Assembly (NCBI GenBank): GCA_044892505.1
Contig: CM097883.1
Span: forward strand, 232,686,001 to 232,750,000
Source of the DNA: Schmidtea nova
Taxonomy: Eukaryota
Length of the DNA: 64,000 nt
Direction: 5' to 3'
Part shown: positions 25,596 through 38,161 of the stretch, one piece after another
Layout: each line of letters starts with the position of its first letter
How positions within the stretch are numbered: the first letter of the stretch is position 1
Notes under the pieces: generated by a model
The model's input: the letters and a program-made list of their open reading frames with translations, nothing else
The model's database searches: none
Told to the model about the DNA's origin: nothing
Program-made: the position numbers and the translations under genes

Positions 25596-26417
25596 GTAAA
25601 ATCAATTTTGTTTTCTTAATTATTATGTTATAGTAGCCACAAGTATATACAGGTAGGTCTCTTATAATCGTAAAATTGTGTAGATAAGTTCCACTTTTTG
25701 CATAATCTCTAGTACTCTTTTTTGTGGACATTTTTCATAGATAACCATTACGTATTTTAATTTTGTAAAAGGACGTACTGAAGATTGTACATGAGTAAAG
25801 ATTATCTAGACAATTTTATGTGTTAAGGAATTTCAGCTGCTAAACAATTTTGCACATCTCAATAGTCATTTTACTGCACACTCTAACATCTATCCGGATC
25901 AAGAAAGAAATAGTTTTAAATTCGAGGAAAGTTTCGTTAGATAATTCAAGATCTTGATGACCTTTAACAGTAACATTAAATGAGAAGGTTGGTTCATTAA
26001 TGTCAAATAAACGTCAACCTCAACAGTCTACTGAACAACTTGATTCAGATCTACTTATCAGTTATAAAAGTATCCATAGCATATTATAGAAGAAGGGGTT
26101 TAAACTTAACCTGTTTGAAGCATCATTGCTCAGTAGAATGAAGAAGTTCTAGGAATTATTATCAAAGCAGCAATTTCTGCGGAAAGCTTCACTGGTTCAT
26201 TTCTAGTTAATCTTGTTATAGAATTCTTTTTGATCCTCTGATTGATGCTTGTTGTAAATGCAAATGTGCTAACTTTTAATAGAAACATACATTTTTTTCA
26301 ATAATTTATTTACATCTAGAACAAATGAAGCTTTTTTTCTGAAACTTAGCGAGATATGAACTGGGGTACCCGTTTTCACTTAAACATTTATTTGGTTTCT
26401 AATAACAATAATTTCAG

Positions 26418-26495
26418 GATAACATAATCAGACTTGGATTTGTGACGCGATTCCGGGATAAAATTGTAACAACAATATTTTGCAAGCCGATTTAA
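26418..26495 (+). CDS. PRKAB: AMPK beta last exon
   Basis: DNIIRLGFVTRFRDKIVTTIFCKPI* (cf. DGVMVLSATHRYKKKYVTTLLYKPI*); tttcag acceptor. Confidence 0.92.
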   Translation, partial: DNIIRLGFVTRFRDKIVTTIFCKPI

Positions 26496-26749
26496 TTTAA
26501 ATGATATTCTTTTTCCACATTATTTTGCAGTTTGAATAAATTTATTTATTATTTTAAAATATTTGTGGTATTTTCTTGGTTTTACTGTGTGAAACCAATT
26601 ATATTATTTTATTAATTTTTGTAAAAAACCTACCCGATGAATCAAAATTTGCCTTTTTTGTGAAAAAGCACATTATGGTGAAATTAAAACCATCGGAATT
26701 TGATATAAACGATTCTAAATTCGTTTAATGAATGAAAATATATATACAT

Positions 26750-27901
26750 TTAAGTACAAATAGTAGTCATACGAACAGCATTTCATAAGTCGGTCGAGAT
26801 AGGGTTGAAACGATAGAAAAGAGGCATCTCAAAAGTGAGCGTACAATTTGAGTGCGGCTCGTATTTACATCCGAAGGACCGCGCGAGAATTGAATGGGGA
26901 AGATCATTGCGTATATTAGGAATACAGAAAGCATGATCAAAATGAAATGGGTATCAGAATAAAGAAAATAATTTAATAAAAATTATAGAAAACATCCTCA
27001 TTGAAATATAGTAAAAATAACCGAGACAAGAATAAAAAATAGAATAAATTAAATTTAAATGTTTCAATCAATCAATTAATGTACAAGAAAAACAATATAT
27101 ATATATACATCATTTAACAGAATTAAAACAAATATTTTAAAAAATAAATAAATCGAATTATAAAATTAAATTTACAAAAAATAAGCAAATACTCAATTAT
27201 TAAAAACAATAAGTAAGTTTAATCGTTAAAATCATTATTTAAATAGTAATATATGTGAGCGTCAGTAGATATAGTATAAATAGAATCTGAAAAAGCACAA
27301 AAATCTTGCTTGACACTAAATTTGTAGTGAATAAAATTTAGTATTTCGCCAGCCAGTCGAGGGAATTAAAGTCTGATTTTGTGTTTTATTTGATGTTAAT
27401 GGTTGGAGTAACCGTTTTGTAGTTTTACAATAAATTTATTTAGGTGAATTGTTTTGATTTTGAATTGTGGTTAAACCCTCATTTTTCTACCAGGGTGATC
27501 TAGCTAAATTGCGCCTCAGTGGTTGTTGATCATGGGTGAAAGCTTCTCGGTCGTGACTCTTTCGAGGGTTGGGTCGATGTGGCTACTTTGAACCAAATTC
27601 TGCCTGGAGAAAAAGGGAATTATACATAGACATTCATTATTTTGGTGAAACATTTTAAAAATTGATATATAATTTTTAAATATGAATAAAGGCAGATATG
27701 TGATTGCATAGGGTAGTAGAGAATTAAATGTAATTATGTGAGAGGACCGTAAAGTAAGCAGATGCGTAAGTCCTTCTATCGGCTCCAAGAACCCGAAAGA
27801 GAGAATATAGTGAAAAGTAGTTTTGGCAACGGAGCTCTGCTGCACACTAGATTCTCGCCATCGTGTACAATACCAACATAGCTACTGTTGGGAAGTATGG
27901 G
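26750..27901 (+). mobile_element. 5'-truncated LTR (family L, copy A)
   Basis: Homologous to 19765-20870; TATAAATA at 27275. Confidence 0.7.
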
Positions 27902-29362
27902 TGTTGTTAAAAAATTTATAATTGACTCTAAGGATGGATACAACCCATACCGCAACATAAATGTTATCTACTACAGCTATTTACCCATAGTTACTGCTCG
28001 GTAAGCTATGTTGGTAAAGTACATGGTGGCGAGAATCCAGTGAGCAGGTGAGCTTTGTTGCAGCAACTAATACTCACTGTATTCTCTCTTTCGGGTTCTT
28101 GCTGTTGATAGAAGGTCTTATGCGTCTAGCTACTCTCTATTTCCAAAGGTCCTTTAAATTTATCAATTCTTGATCTACTATATCCTCACACTATCTTATC
28201 CACAAATCCACATCTATTTACCTAAAAAATATCCTAACAACACTCCTAAAGTTGTATTTCTTCCCCCGCCGTCCTATATAGTTTAATGATACAATGGTCC
28301 CGAGGGACCAATTATTCGGCCCAAACAATTCCTAACCATCGGAGTTTCGTGACTGGTTAGCCAACCGAGCCTCTAATAAAATAAGTTTAATCGGGACAAA
28401 TCAATTTGAACAAGGCAAAACAAAAAAATTTATGGTTAACAATAAAATATTTATTATTGATTATAAATTACATAAAATGTAGTTACAATTTAAGCATAAT
28501 AGTTACAACAAGCTTTATAAGAATACATAGAATAAGAACATACTTGTTACTGATGTATGTGTACCACACAATTGAATAGAAAAATTACTGACCGGTGCTG
28601 GCTGACAGAATTAAAAATTGTGGATTAACGTGTTACTGTGTCCAAAAGTACTCAAGCGTGTCAAAAATTATTCAAGCGCGTGTTCAAATTATGATTTTTC
28701 AGCGTCTATTTATACTTTTTTTGTGTGACTTCTACGCATTGTTCATTAAAACAAGAATGTTTAAAATTTAATTCAAATATTTATTTTTATATTTATTTTT
28801 ATTTTTATATTTATTTATTTTTCTAAATTATTTATTTATTTTCCTTGATTTTAATTTTATAATTTATTTTATTTATTTCTAAATATTTAATTATAATTCA
28901 ATTAAAATAATGTGTGTATCCATATTTTAAGCGCGTTAATTGATTGATTAAAACAATCAGATTTAATTTCCATTCTATTTTCATTCTTATCTCCGTTATT
29001 TTTACGATTTTTACTAAGGATTTTTAATAAATTATTATCTTTATTTTGATATTCCTTTTATTCTTTGATCATGCTTTTAATTATCAAAGATTTTCCCCAT
29101 TCAATTCTCGTGCGGTCTTTCGTATGTAAATTTGACCTGCGCTCAAATTGTGTGCTCTCCTTTGAGATGCATCTTTTTTTCATCATTTCTCTCTAAATCG
29201 ACAGACCTATGAAAAGTGGTTCGCATGACTAATATTTATGCTCCAATATCCTATATTTTTCATGCTATTTTCCTATTTAATTTTCTTATGTATTATCGTG
29301 TGATTTTAATTTTATTTGACGTAATAAAACAATATACGAATCTTAATTCCACCAGCTCAACA
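27902..29362 (-). mobile_element. Solo LTR (family L, copy B), inverted
   Basis: Minus strand starts TGTTGAGCTGG (29362) and ends ...TAACAACA (27902); TATA at 28707-28714. Confidence 0.75.
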
Positions 29363-29453
29363 TTACTTAGGGAATAACTATGGGTACACGAGTATAGTAG
29401 ATTAATAGGTCGTATTAACCCCTAGAAATCGTTAATAAATTTTTATAACAACA
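29363..29453 (+). mobile_element. 3' end fragment of LTR family L
   Basis: gggaataactatgggtac...ATAACAACA matches 20845-20941. Confidence 0.65.
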
Positions 29454-29974
29454 CCTATAAACAATATTTAAATATCAAAAACCTCTACCATCTAAATTAT
29501 TTTTTTGATTTTAACAATTTAATTTTTTATTATTTCAATTTTTTTTAAAACTATTTTAACAAAATATTTAATTTTTAGATGAAAACACTTAACATTCATG
29601 AAGTGTAACAAATTAAGTTATATTTATGTCTATTGCTTTAATTTATTCACACTTTCTTTAGTCATATAAATCTTTAATAAAGACCTTGCGGCCTGAAATT
29701 TCTCGTTTTAAACATAAAAATTCGCTATAAAACCATTCAAATTTTGCGCAATGTCTTGATAAATCGAAAGAATAGCAAAGTATAATTTGTAGTTTTGAAT
29801 AATTATATCATTGCAAGATTTGTACAATAATACTACTTAGTGTAAGTTTATTTCATCATTGATCTACCTCTGTAAATATTTCGCTATCATATTGTGTCAA
29901 ATTTGAAGAACAACAAAAACGAAATTAATATTGAAAAATATTAATTTAAATATAGAGTTCTGGATTCGTAGAAT

Positions 29975-30070
29975 CTAAAAATCAGCATCCCATCCAGAAT
30001 TTTCATCGGGAGCATTATCTATTTCGTCTGGATAAGCATCAAAATTTGAACCATCAAATGCATCTTTGAC
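29975..30070 (-). CDS. PRKG1: PKG last exon
   Basis: VKDAFDGSNFDAYPDEIDNAPDENSGWDADF*; the SGWDxDF terminus is characteristic of PKG. Confidence 0.93.
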   Translation of the reverse strand, partial: VKDAFDGSNFDAYPDEIDNAPDENSGWDADF

Positions 30071-30184
30071 CTAAAATGAAACAATAAATTTTACCATAAT
30101 TATGTTTTAAAAAGAAATCCCTAAAACTAAACGAAAAACATTTTAATATTATTAATTAGTTCAAATTAACATTAAATTATTCAT

Positions 30185-30918
30185 CAGGGTTACCAACTCG
30201 ACAATTTTCACCCGAAGACTTCTGGTTTTATGTGGTAACTTCGGGTCTTCGGGTTGAACACTTATTTCTTCGGGGTTGTCAAAATATTTAAACTTACTTT
30301 TAGCTCAGTCTTGAAATTTTTGTGAAGTACTAAATTTAGAAGTTGACGAAGATAAAATATATGATGAGATTATTTCTATTAATCAGATTCTTCCAAAGAT
30401 TAGAATTACTGAAAATGGAAAAAAATGAAGTTTTACAATTATGGGTGAAAATATTCCAGTCGACTAGTGGATATATGAAATTAAAAAAATAATGTCGAAA
30501 GTTTTAAGCATTCCGGTTAGTAATGCATTTATTGAAAGAATTTTTTCAATAATGAATTCCGTTTGAAGAGATGAAAGAAATAAAATGAGAATAGCGCTTA
30601 TTAAAGCTGAACTTTCTGTAAGAATAAATTTCGACATGAAATGTGAAGATTTTCTTACATATTTAAAAGCACCAGAACAAAAAAAATTACTTGAATGTTC
30701 ATTAAAAACATCAAAATATAATTTTAAGAATTAATTATATTTTCTGAAGTTCCTAATTTTTTTATGTTTTCTTATTGAATAAATTTTGTTGTATTATGTT
30801 TTATTGTTATTGAATAAATATATTTTGTTTTATATTCATATGTATTTATTATATATTAAATCTTCAGATGTAAAAATAATTTCTTCGGGTCTGACTCGTT
30901 CCAGAGTTGGTAACCCTG
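30185..30918 (+). mobile_element. Internally deleted hAT element with perfect TSD
   Basis: 15-bp perfect TIR CAGGGTTACCAACTC; 8-bp TSD TTATTCAT; hATC remnant SIPVSNAFIERIFSIMN...RDERNKM. Confidence 0.95.
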
Positions 30919-31649
30919 TTATTCATCAAATGAAATAACACTTGTAAAAGGCAGTGTCGAATAATAAGTGTGAAATAGAAAACATTAGTCTATTCGAAAA
31001 CTAAATGTAAATAAAAACATAAATGAAGAGTAAAAATAGAGATGACAAAAGATCATTTATGTTAATGATTAATACGAAATATAAAATATGAATAATCAAA
31101 TTAAAACAAACACTATTAAATTTGAAATTAACATTTATATTTAAGGTCATTCTAAAAGATGAAAAAACTAGGATTATAATTTTTATTATTATTTTGGAGT
31201 GATTTAAAAATTTTTTAAATGACAAATGCTAATAGCACTGCTTTTAATTTAAAGTAGCTAGTTAAAATGCTAATATTGTTAACTAACCCAAATACAATTT
31301 GTTATTTACAAATTAAATTTACCAGTTTATTATTATTGCTGATTATTATTATTTAACCTTAAAGAAACTAATTTTGTGGACATATTTAATAACTAAATTA
31401 CAAAACTGCATATAATATAATTCATTAGTTCGAAAGCGCGAATTTCACAAATTAAATTTGACTTGCTAGTTTATAGGCTGAAAATATTACCAAAAAAAAT
31501 TTTTTTTGAGATATTAACAAGTAATCGAAAAAATAAAGTTTGCATATATTACAAAAAAGATAAATATCAAATAAATTGTAATGTCATTTAACGCGCTATG
31601 TTAGAATATTTCAAATTACCCACTGATAATTGTTAGTAGTAATCTAGGA

Positions 31650-31968
31650 CAGAGGTCCCAAAAGTGTGGATCGCGAACCGACTGAAGGCGGATCACCAAA
31701 AATTTTAATATTTAGCTGTTCATATTAATTGTATGAATATTAATTTGCTTTTAATTAATATACAAAAATAGATGTCGAAAATGTTATTGCAGAAAATAGA
31801 AAGCAAATTCATTCATCTGCTGCATCTTCTTCATTATGCTTAAAAATGTTTTTTATAAATATATAAATTAAAGTTTGTACATTTTCCTTGTCTTTTTGTT
31901 ACAATTCGGTCATGAAAACTTTACGGTTTTAATAGTGGGTCTCGGCTGGTAAACTTTGAGAACCACTG
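31650..31968. mobile_element. hAT (Charlie-type) MITE
   Basis: Imperfect TIRs CAGAGGTCCCAAAAGT / CAGTGGTTCTCAAAGT; degenerate CTAG-centred flanks. Confidence 0.7.
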
Positions 31969-32374
31969 GACTAGAAGTTAAATATATATAGAAGTTAAAT
32001 ATTAATTTTGTTGCAAGGACGAACGAAAGTGGATTCATTTTCATATCCGTTGTATCACTACAATGCCAATTTGTTTATTTTTAGTTGATCAGTTAGACTT
32101 TTAGTAAATACGTTTTACGTAGAAATAGATAAAATGATTTTATTTATTGTTTCATAACAAAATTAGTTCAGTATAGCACTGCGTTAAGAGCGATAAATTT
32201 GTTTGTTTTTTCAAAGAACAGTGGTTTAGTTAGAGTTTTTAAAAGTTGAATTTTTTTGTAAAAGTCCCGAAATAATTTTCGAGAGAGCAGATATGGTTTT
32301 CAAATACAAGAGAAGGCACTCTTCAACAATAAAGTTAAGAAGATTTATTTTTATTTTTAGCAGTAACGTTTTGA

Positions 32375-35300
32375 TATGTGAGAAAAGGTAGAGTCCTGAA
32401 CGTGTCACAGAAACGGAAATATTAGCAGGAAATGCCTAAATAAAAAAAGCACAAATATGTTTATTATGAGGAAAAGAATATCATAAGAAAGTCATGTAAG
32501 GAAATACGGTGTAAAAATGCAACAGAATCGACCATAGATCTGAAGAATATTAGAGAAACAAGAACCGACAGGAAACAGATAGTAGGATAAACTGAATAGT
32601 GGAAGAAGAGGAAAGGGAATCGTTTGCATAGAAAGATAAAGGTAATTTTAGTAAACCATACCCAAACAACAGGGTTCCACCAGTAGAGGAGTTGGTAGGA
32701 GCCATATGCTAACGGAGGAGTTTATTTAATATCCTCAAGATGCCGAAAAGTGAGAGAATGTGGGAAAGATAAGCAAGAAAGTATACAAGTTTATAAGAAT
32801 AAAAAGGTTTGAAAAGGAGATAATTGGAACGATTTAAACGAGTCAGTCTATAGAAATTGATTATAATGAGATACAATGAAGGACTAGCGTAACAGTAATG
32901 ATGAATGATGAAAATTTCTAATGTATATTAGACACCGGACATGAATCAATGTAATGAGTGTGAACTGTTTTAACAACCTACGAGAACAACAATTGAAAAG
33001 AAGGAGGAGTGACGAAAATTACGATACGCAAACGAAAGTACGACGGAGACAATAGGAAGAAGAAAGGTACAAGTCACTACTGGAAATATTTCTCAAGAAG
33101 TGATACTCATCGTGGCGGATAAAGAGATACCAGATTTGATTGTAGGAATTAAATTCCAAGAGACATTCGGATATAGCCTATCAAAAAGAAAAATATATCT
33201 AAGCTAGCGAAAAGACAAGAATTATATTTGTAGCATTGAAACGAATTTCGGAAGACAGATAAAGGATGGAGAACGATTGAAACAAGCTTTGGAAAATCTA
33301 GAGATCAAGAAAGAAGACAAATTAAAGATAATAATAACGAACAGTGGAAATGCATTTGGATAAATAGGATAAACGTGTGAAGCACCTATCTGGTAAACCA
33401 TAAGATAGTGACAAGAGGTGAACCGATTAATTCAAAACCATGTCGGCAGCCATTAAATTTGGAAACAAAGATCGAAGAAGCAATACAGACTTTGTACGAA
33501 AATGAGAGTATACAAAATGCAATTCCCGTGAAACACGCCGTTAATGAAACTGGAACACGGTTGAACGTGGTAACAAAAATCAGGTATTCCAAATTCCAAA
33601 CATAGACGAGATATTGAATTTGTTAGGAAGGGTCATGTTTTTCAGGTCAATCAACCTATGTAATGCGTATTACTAATTAAAGTTAGATGAAGAATAGCAG
33701 GGGAAAATAGCCTTATCAACAAAATACAGTCATAATGCCTTTCGGAAACTTAGCAGCACCAAATACTCTATAGGAAATGATAACAAAGGTAATTGTCAAC
33801 ATAAAGGGGTGATGATGTATTTTGACGACATCTTGATTTATTCGAGAAGTAAAGAAATACATTATCCAATATTCGTGGAAGTGTTAAAAGTAATCAGGGA
33901 AGCAAGACTGAAGATTAACCAAGAAAAGTGTCAACTAATACTTAAAGAAATCAGATTCTTAGAACACATATTCAGCAAAGAATGAGTACGGACAGATACT
34001 TCTGAAATTGCGGATATACAACACTTTGGGAAGCCATGTTGCTTAAAGAAACTCCGAAGATATTTAAGCATTCACAATTATTATAGAAGATCCATTTGCG
34101 AATATGCAAAGAAGTCCAAGATGTAACAAAATTTGGAATATGAGGAGGGAACAACGAATAGCGTATTCAAAGAATTGAAGGTAGTATTTACGATGGCACC
34201 GATCCTATATATTCCGGATCTCAGAAGGGAGTTAATCTTAGATACAGATGTCAGTTTTAATACCATTGGAGCGTTACCTTCGCAAAAAGATTAAGATTAA
34301 AAGAAGAAAGTAATTGCGTATGGATCACACTCGATGACGAGCCACGGAAAAGTTTGTTGTATTACAATGAAGGAATTACTGGTGGTATTCTACTTTGACA
34401 TGCATTTTAAGAACTATCTCTACGGAAGAAGATTCGCACCGAGGACAGACCACAAGACGATCACACTTATGATTATCCTAAGAGGTCAATTATATCACAA
34501 TTCCAAATTGGACATGGTTATGGTTGTAGAATATAAGGATGTTATTCACAAAAATGCAGACATGGTGTCGAGAACTAAATGTGAAACATATGTTCAGTGT
34601 CAAACGACTCACAAATATGCTAAAAAAGAGAAGATAAAAACAAATTAATTAAACTCAATCAGAGAAGGAAAAGAATCAGCCAACAAGGAAACTTGGAAGA
34701 CTAAAACTTTGATACCAGAAAACTAAATTAAAGAATCGATACGGGAAACACATGGAATATTGTGTCATACTGAAGTCGAGAAGATAGCTGAATATATGAA
34801 AGATAAATATTTTGAAAAACATCTGTGGAGTCAGATTCAGGAAATTTTTCGAAGTTGTGAGATTTTTCAGAAAAACAAGGCTGCAATATTAACAAGGAAG
34901 GAATCAATAAAGAAACTAGAAACGACCGAAATGTTTGAAATTATATTCGTGGACGTACGAGGACTAATGCAAAAAACCAAAGGACGTAAGAAGTGCATAT
35001 AGACTAGGATTGTAAGTATCAGATTTTAACAGCCGTAAAAAGAAAATACGAGAAAATAATAAAGAAAACGATTTTCAAAAAATTAATTTTGATATTTTGT
35101 TGCCCAAAGGAGATAAGAATTGATTGCAGGGAGGCTTTCGAATAAGAAATGACTAGAGAATGCACAAAGACATTAAGTTATGTTTTGAGAGTCAATACCA
35201 ATGCCAAAACAAATGGACAGATAGAAAGTCAATTCAGGATAGTTTGAGAACTGATAAATGCTACTTTACAAGACAGAAGAAAGACGGGTTGTGCAGGAGT

Positions 35301-37862
35301 ACTTCCAAAAGTCGAAATCACAATAAATGCAACAAAATAAAATCCGATAGAAAAAATCCCTATAGAGATTTTTGGTAAAGAAGTTGCACTGAAAGATGGT
35401 ATGGGTCCAAAGAAAAACATATAAAAGAAGAACCTGAAGAACAAACAAGAATAAAATTTAATGTGGAAGTAGACGTGTTAGTAAAAGTAGAAACACTCAA
35501 CAAATGTCAGAACAAATATGAGGGATCATACAAAGTGATCAAGAAAATTGCGTGCCAGACTATATATCTTAAGAAACGAGAATGGTAAAAATATCTAAAG
35601 AAGCGTGGAAAAATTTTTAAATTTTTTAGAAGGGGGATGAGGGATGATGGAAGTTGATAAAAATTTTTAAAGTTATTATATACAAAATATTTTAAATCGA
35701 AACTTAAAATTGAAAATTGAAAATTTACAAAAGATTTTAAATTTTAAATGAAAAAGATTGTAAATGTGTTTATATACCATAAAAAATGTAAACCAGTTTA
35801 GTTTTTCATTATTATTATTTGTTGCGCGTCCAGCGCGCGACCATGCCACGCTCGCGACCGAATATAACGGCATAGTTAAATCAAGTTTCTACTATAAGGT
35901 CATGACCAGTCATTTTAAATATTAGCTGTTGGGGACTACTAGTACAAGTCGTCAACATTTTTTAAAAAAATTTTTTGAGGGCTAAAATTGGATGAAAAAA
36001 TGTTGACGTCTAGCGCCATGACTCACTAATCGTTAAAATTATGACTAGATGAGCAAAAAAATGCATTTAACTAATGCATTTAACTAATGCATTAATTAAA
36101 GTAACATTTAACAAAAGATTAATAACTTCAATTTTTTTATTAAGTTTCTTTACCAAATTCATTGCAACTATATTTTCTTCAGAGTCCAATTTAACTTTCA
36201 GTCTATTATTCGACAATATCTCGATAACTTCGCAAGGCTTAGAATAAAATGAATCTAATTTCTGTCTCCTATTTTTTTATAAGCTTCAAAATCCTTTTTT
36301 AAGACTACTATATCACCGCAATCAAAATCGTTTAAAGAATTATGAACACATTTTTTATCCATTCTATTTAAATACTTTATTTTTACTTGAGATTCATTTA
36401 TTTCATCTGATTCTTCATCTAGTTCTTTAAAATCTTCATTATATTTTACAACATCACTGTCGTCATTTGTCTCGCGTGTAACGGTATTAAACCCATCACG
36501 CCCAACGAAAAGCTTAAAGGGCGATTTATTCATTGAGGAATGTACAGCTTTATTATATTCAAGTGTCACTTTCTTTAGATAAGAAATCCATCGTTTGTCA
36601 TCAACAGTCTCACTTTCCATCAAATTCTTTTGTAGATATCTTGTGAGAGTTTGATTAAATCTTTCGATTTGTCCCTGGCTTTGCGGATGGCGGAGTCTAC
36701 CATGAATCAACGCGATATTATTGTTTTTGCAATAATCTACTAAAATCGAATTTTTAAATTCCTTTCCATTATCGCATTGAATAATTTGGGGAACACCAAG
36801 CAAATAAAACAATGATTCAAGCTTAAATTGAACCTCATGTGCGGATTTACATTTTAGAGGAAATGTAAAAGCAAATTTAGAGTAAATATCTATGCAATTG
36901 AGTATCCAGCATAGTCCATCGTTATGTTCTTTAAATGCTCGCATATCTACAAGATCAATTATCAGTCGTTCAAAGGGTTTAAAAGCGAGAATATGTTTAA
37001 ATTTTTCCTTTGTTTTTAATGGCAAGACTTGTGCACAGCTATTGCACTTTTTACAAACATCCCTAACAATTGATCTTGGAATCGAGAAGTAACTATGTTT
37101 ACATAACTCATAAAGACGGTTTTGTCCAAATCATACTCTTCTTTTGAAGCTATCGGAGATGTCATATATGGGGCCAAAACAAATTTTAAAAATAATAATA
37201 TTTAAACATGTTTGAATTATTTTTTAGATTAATTAATGACTAGTAATCGAGTGGTGATCCGATTCACTTAATTTAGAGTTCGACTCTCTTCTGAACCAAT
37301 TTTTTTTATTTTTAAATATTCACTTAGCTTAAAATAATCTAAATTTTTTATGTATAAAGATCTTTTTAAATAAATATTTCTAATCAAATAAGGTTAATCC
37401 TCTATTTTGAATCTATCCTTAATTTTACGTTTGAAATGAAGAATAAAATCGAAATAGAGATAAATTTTATTAATCTGAATATCTTAGCAGTGTTTTATCT
37501 TAACATTTTTGTCCTAATTAAAAGTTGAAAATTAGTAGTTTTTATATACATCATCTGATTTTTGAAGATAATAGCACAATCTTTTCACGATATGATTTGA
37601 TCAATAATAGAAGAATAATTGAATCTTCTTTTTTATAATAAACAATTTAAGATGAAAAACTTTAAACTTAGATATTACTTGATAAATAAATTCACATAAA
37701 ATTAGATTAATAAATTTGAATAATTTCAAAAAAAATTCGGTCGCGAGCGTGGCATGGTCGCGCGCTGGGCGCGCGACATTATTTTTAATTAATAAATTTT
37801 ATGGATTTATTTTGTGCTTTATAATAAAGATTTTCAAGTTTCAATGGATGATGATTTTAATA
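32375..37862 (+). mobile_element. Gypsy copy 2 (same family as 677-5324), 5'-truncated, heavily decayed; 3' LTR split by a Ginger insertion
   Basis: Colinear homology to copy 1 from the gag knuckle through PR, RT, RH and IN; PPT AGAAGGGGGA then LTR TGAGGG at 35638; the LTR resumes after 37783 and ends TTAATA at ~37862. Confidence 0.9.
35820..37778 (-). mobile_element. Ginger2/TDD-like integrase DNA transposon
   Basis: 43-bp TIRs (41/43 identical) with TGT...ACA ends; 5-bp TTATT flanks; rve integrase ORF 36255-37025 (IIDLVDM, QCDNGKEF, PQSQGQIERFNQTL); in-frame H2C2 remnant upstream (GQNRLYE...CKKCNSC) preceded by a TGA; no RT and no LTRs. Confidence 0.88.
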
Positions 37863-38161
37863 GTTGTGATTTATGAAACTGTAAATAATAAGAGTTTTAT
37901 TGTATTTAGTATATAACCCATTCATAAAGTAATTATATATTTAATTCAGAAGCTGATTGACAACCGAAGTTGGTTCGAAAGATTTTAAAATAGAAGGTTC
38001 AATTTGGAAAATATTTTTCTTACAATATAAATATTGAAAGTAACTACCATACAGTTTACTTTTATTTTATCTATTATTTGCTCATCAGAAATAGTTTTAC
38101 AAATTTCTCTTTCTTAAAATTAAAGATTTTAAATCTAAGTATAATAGGGTGCTTCAAAATA

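Noticed and set aside
25700-26300. Coding-like stretch on the minus strand of the last AMPK beta intron
   Set aside because: Frames are interrupted and I recognise no family.
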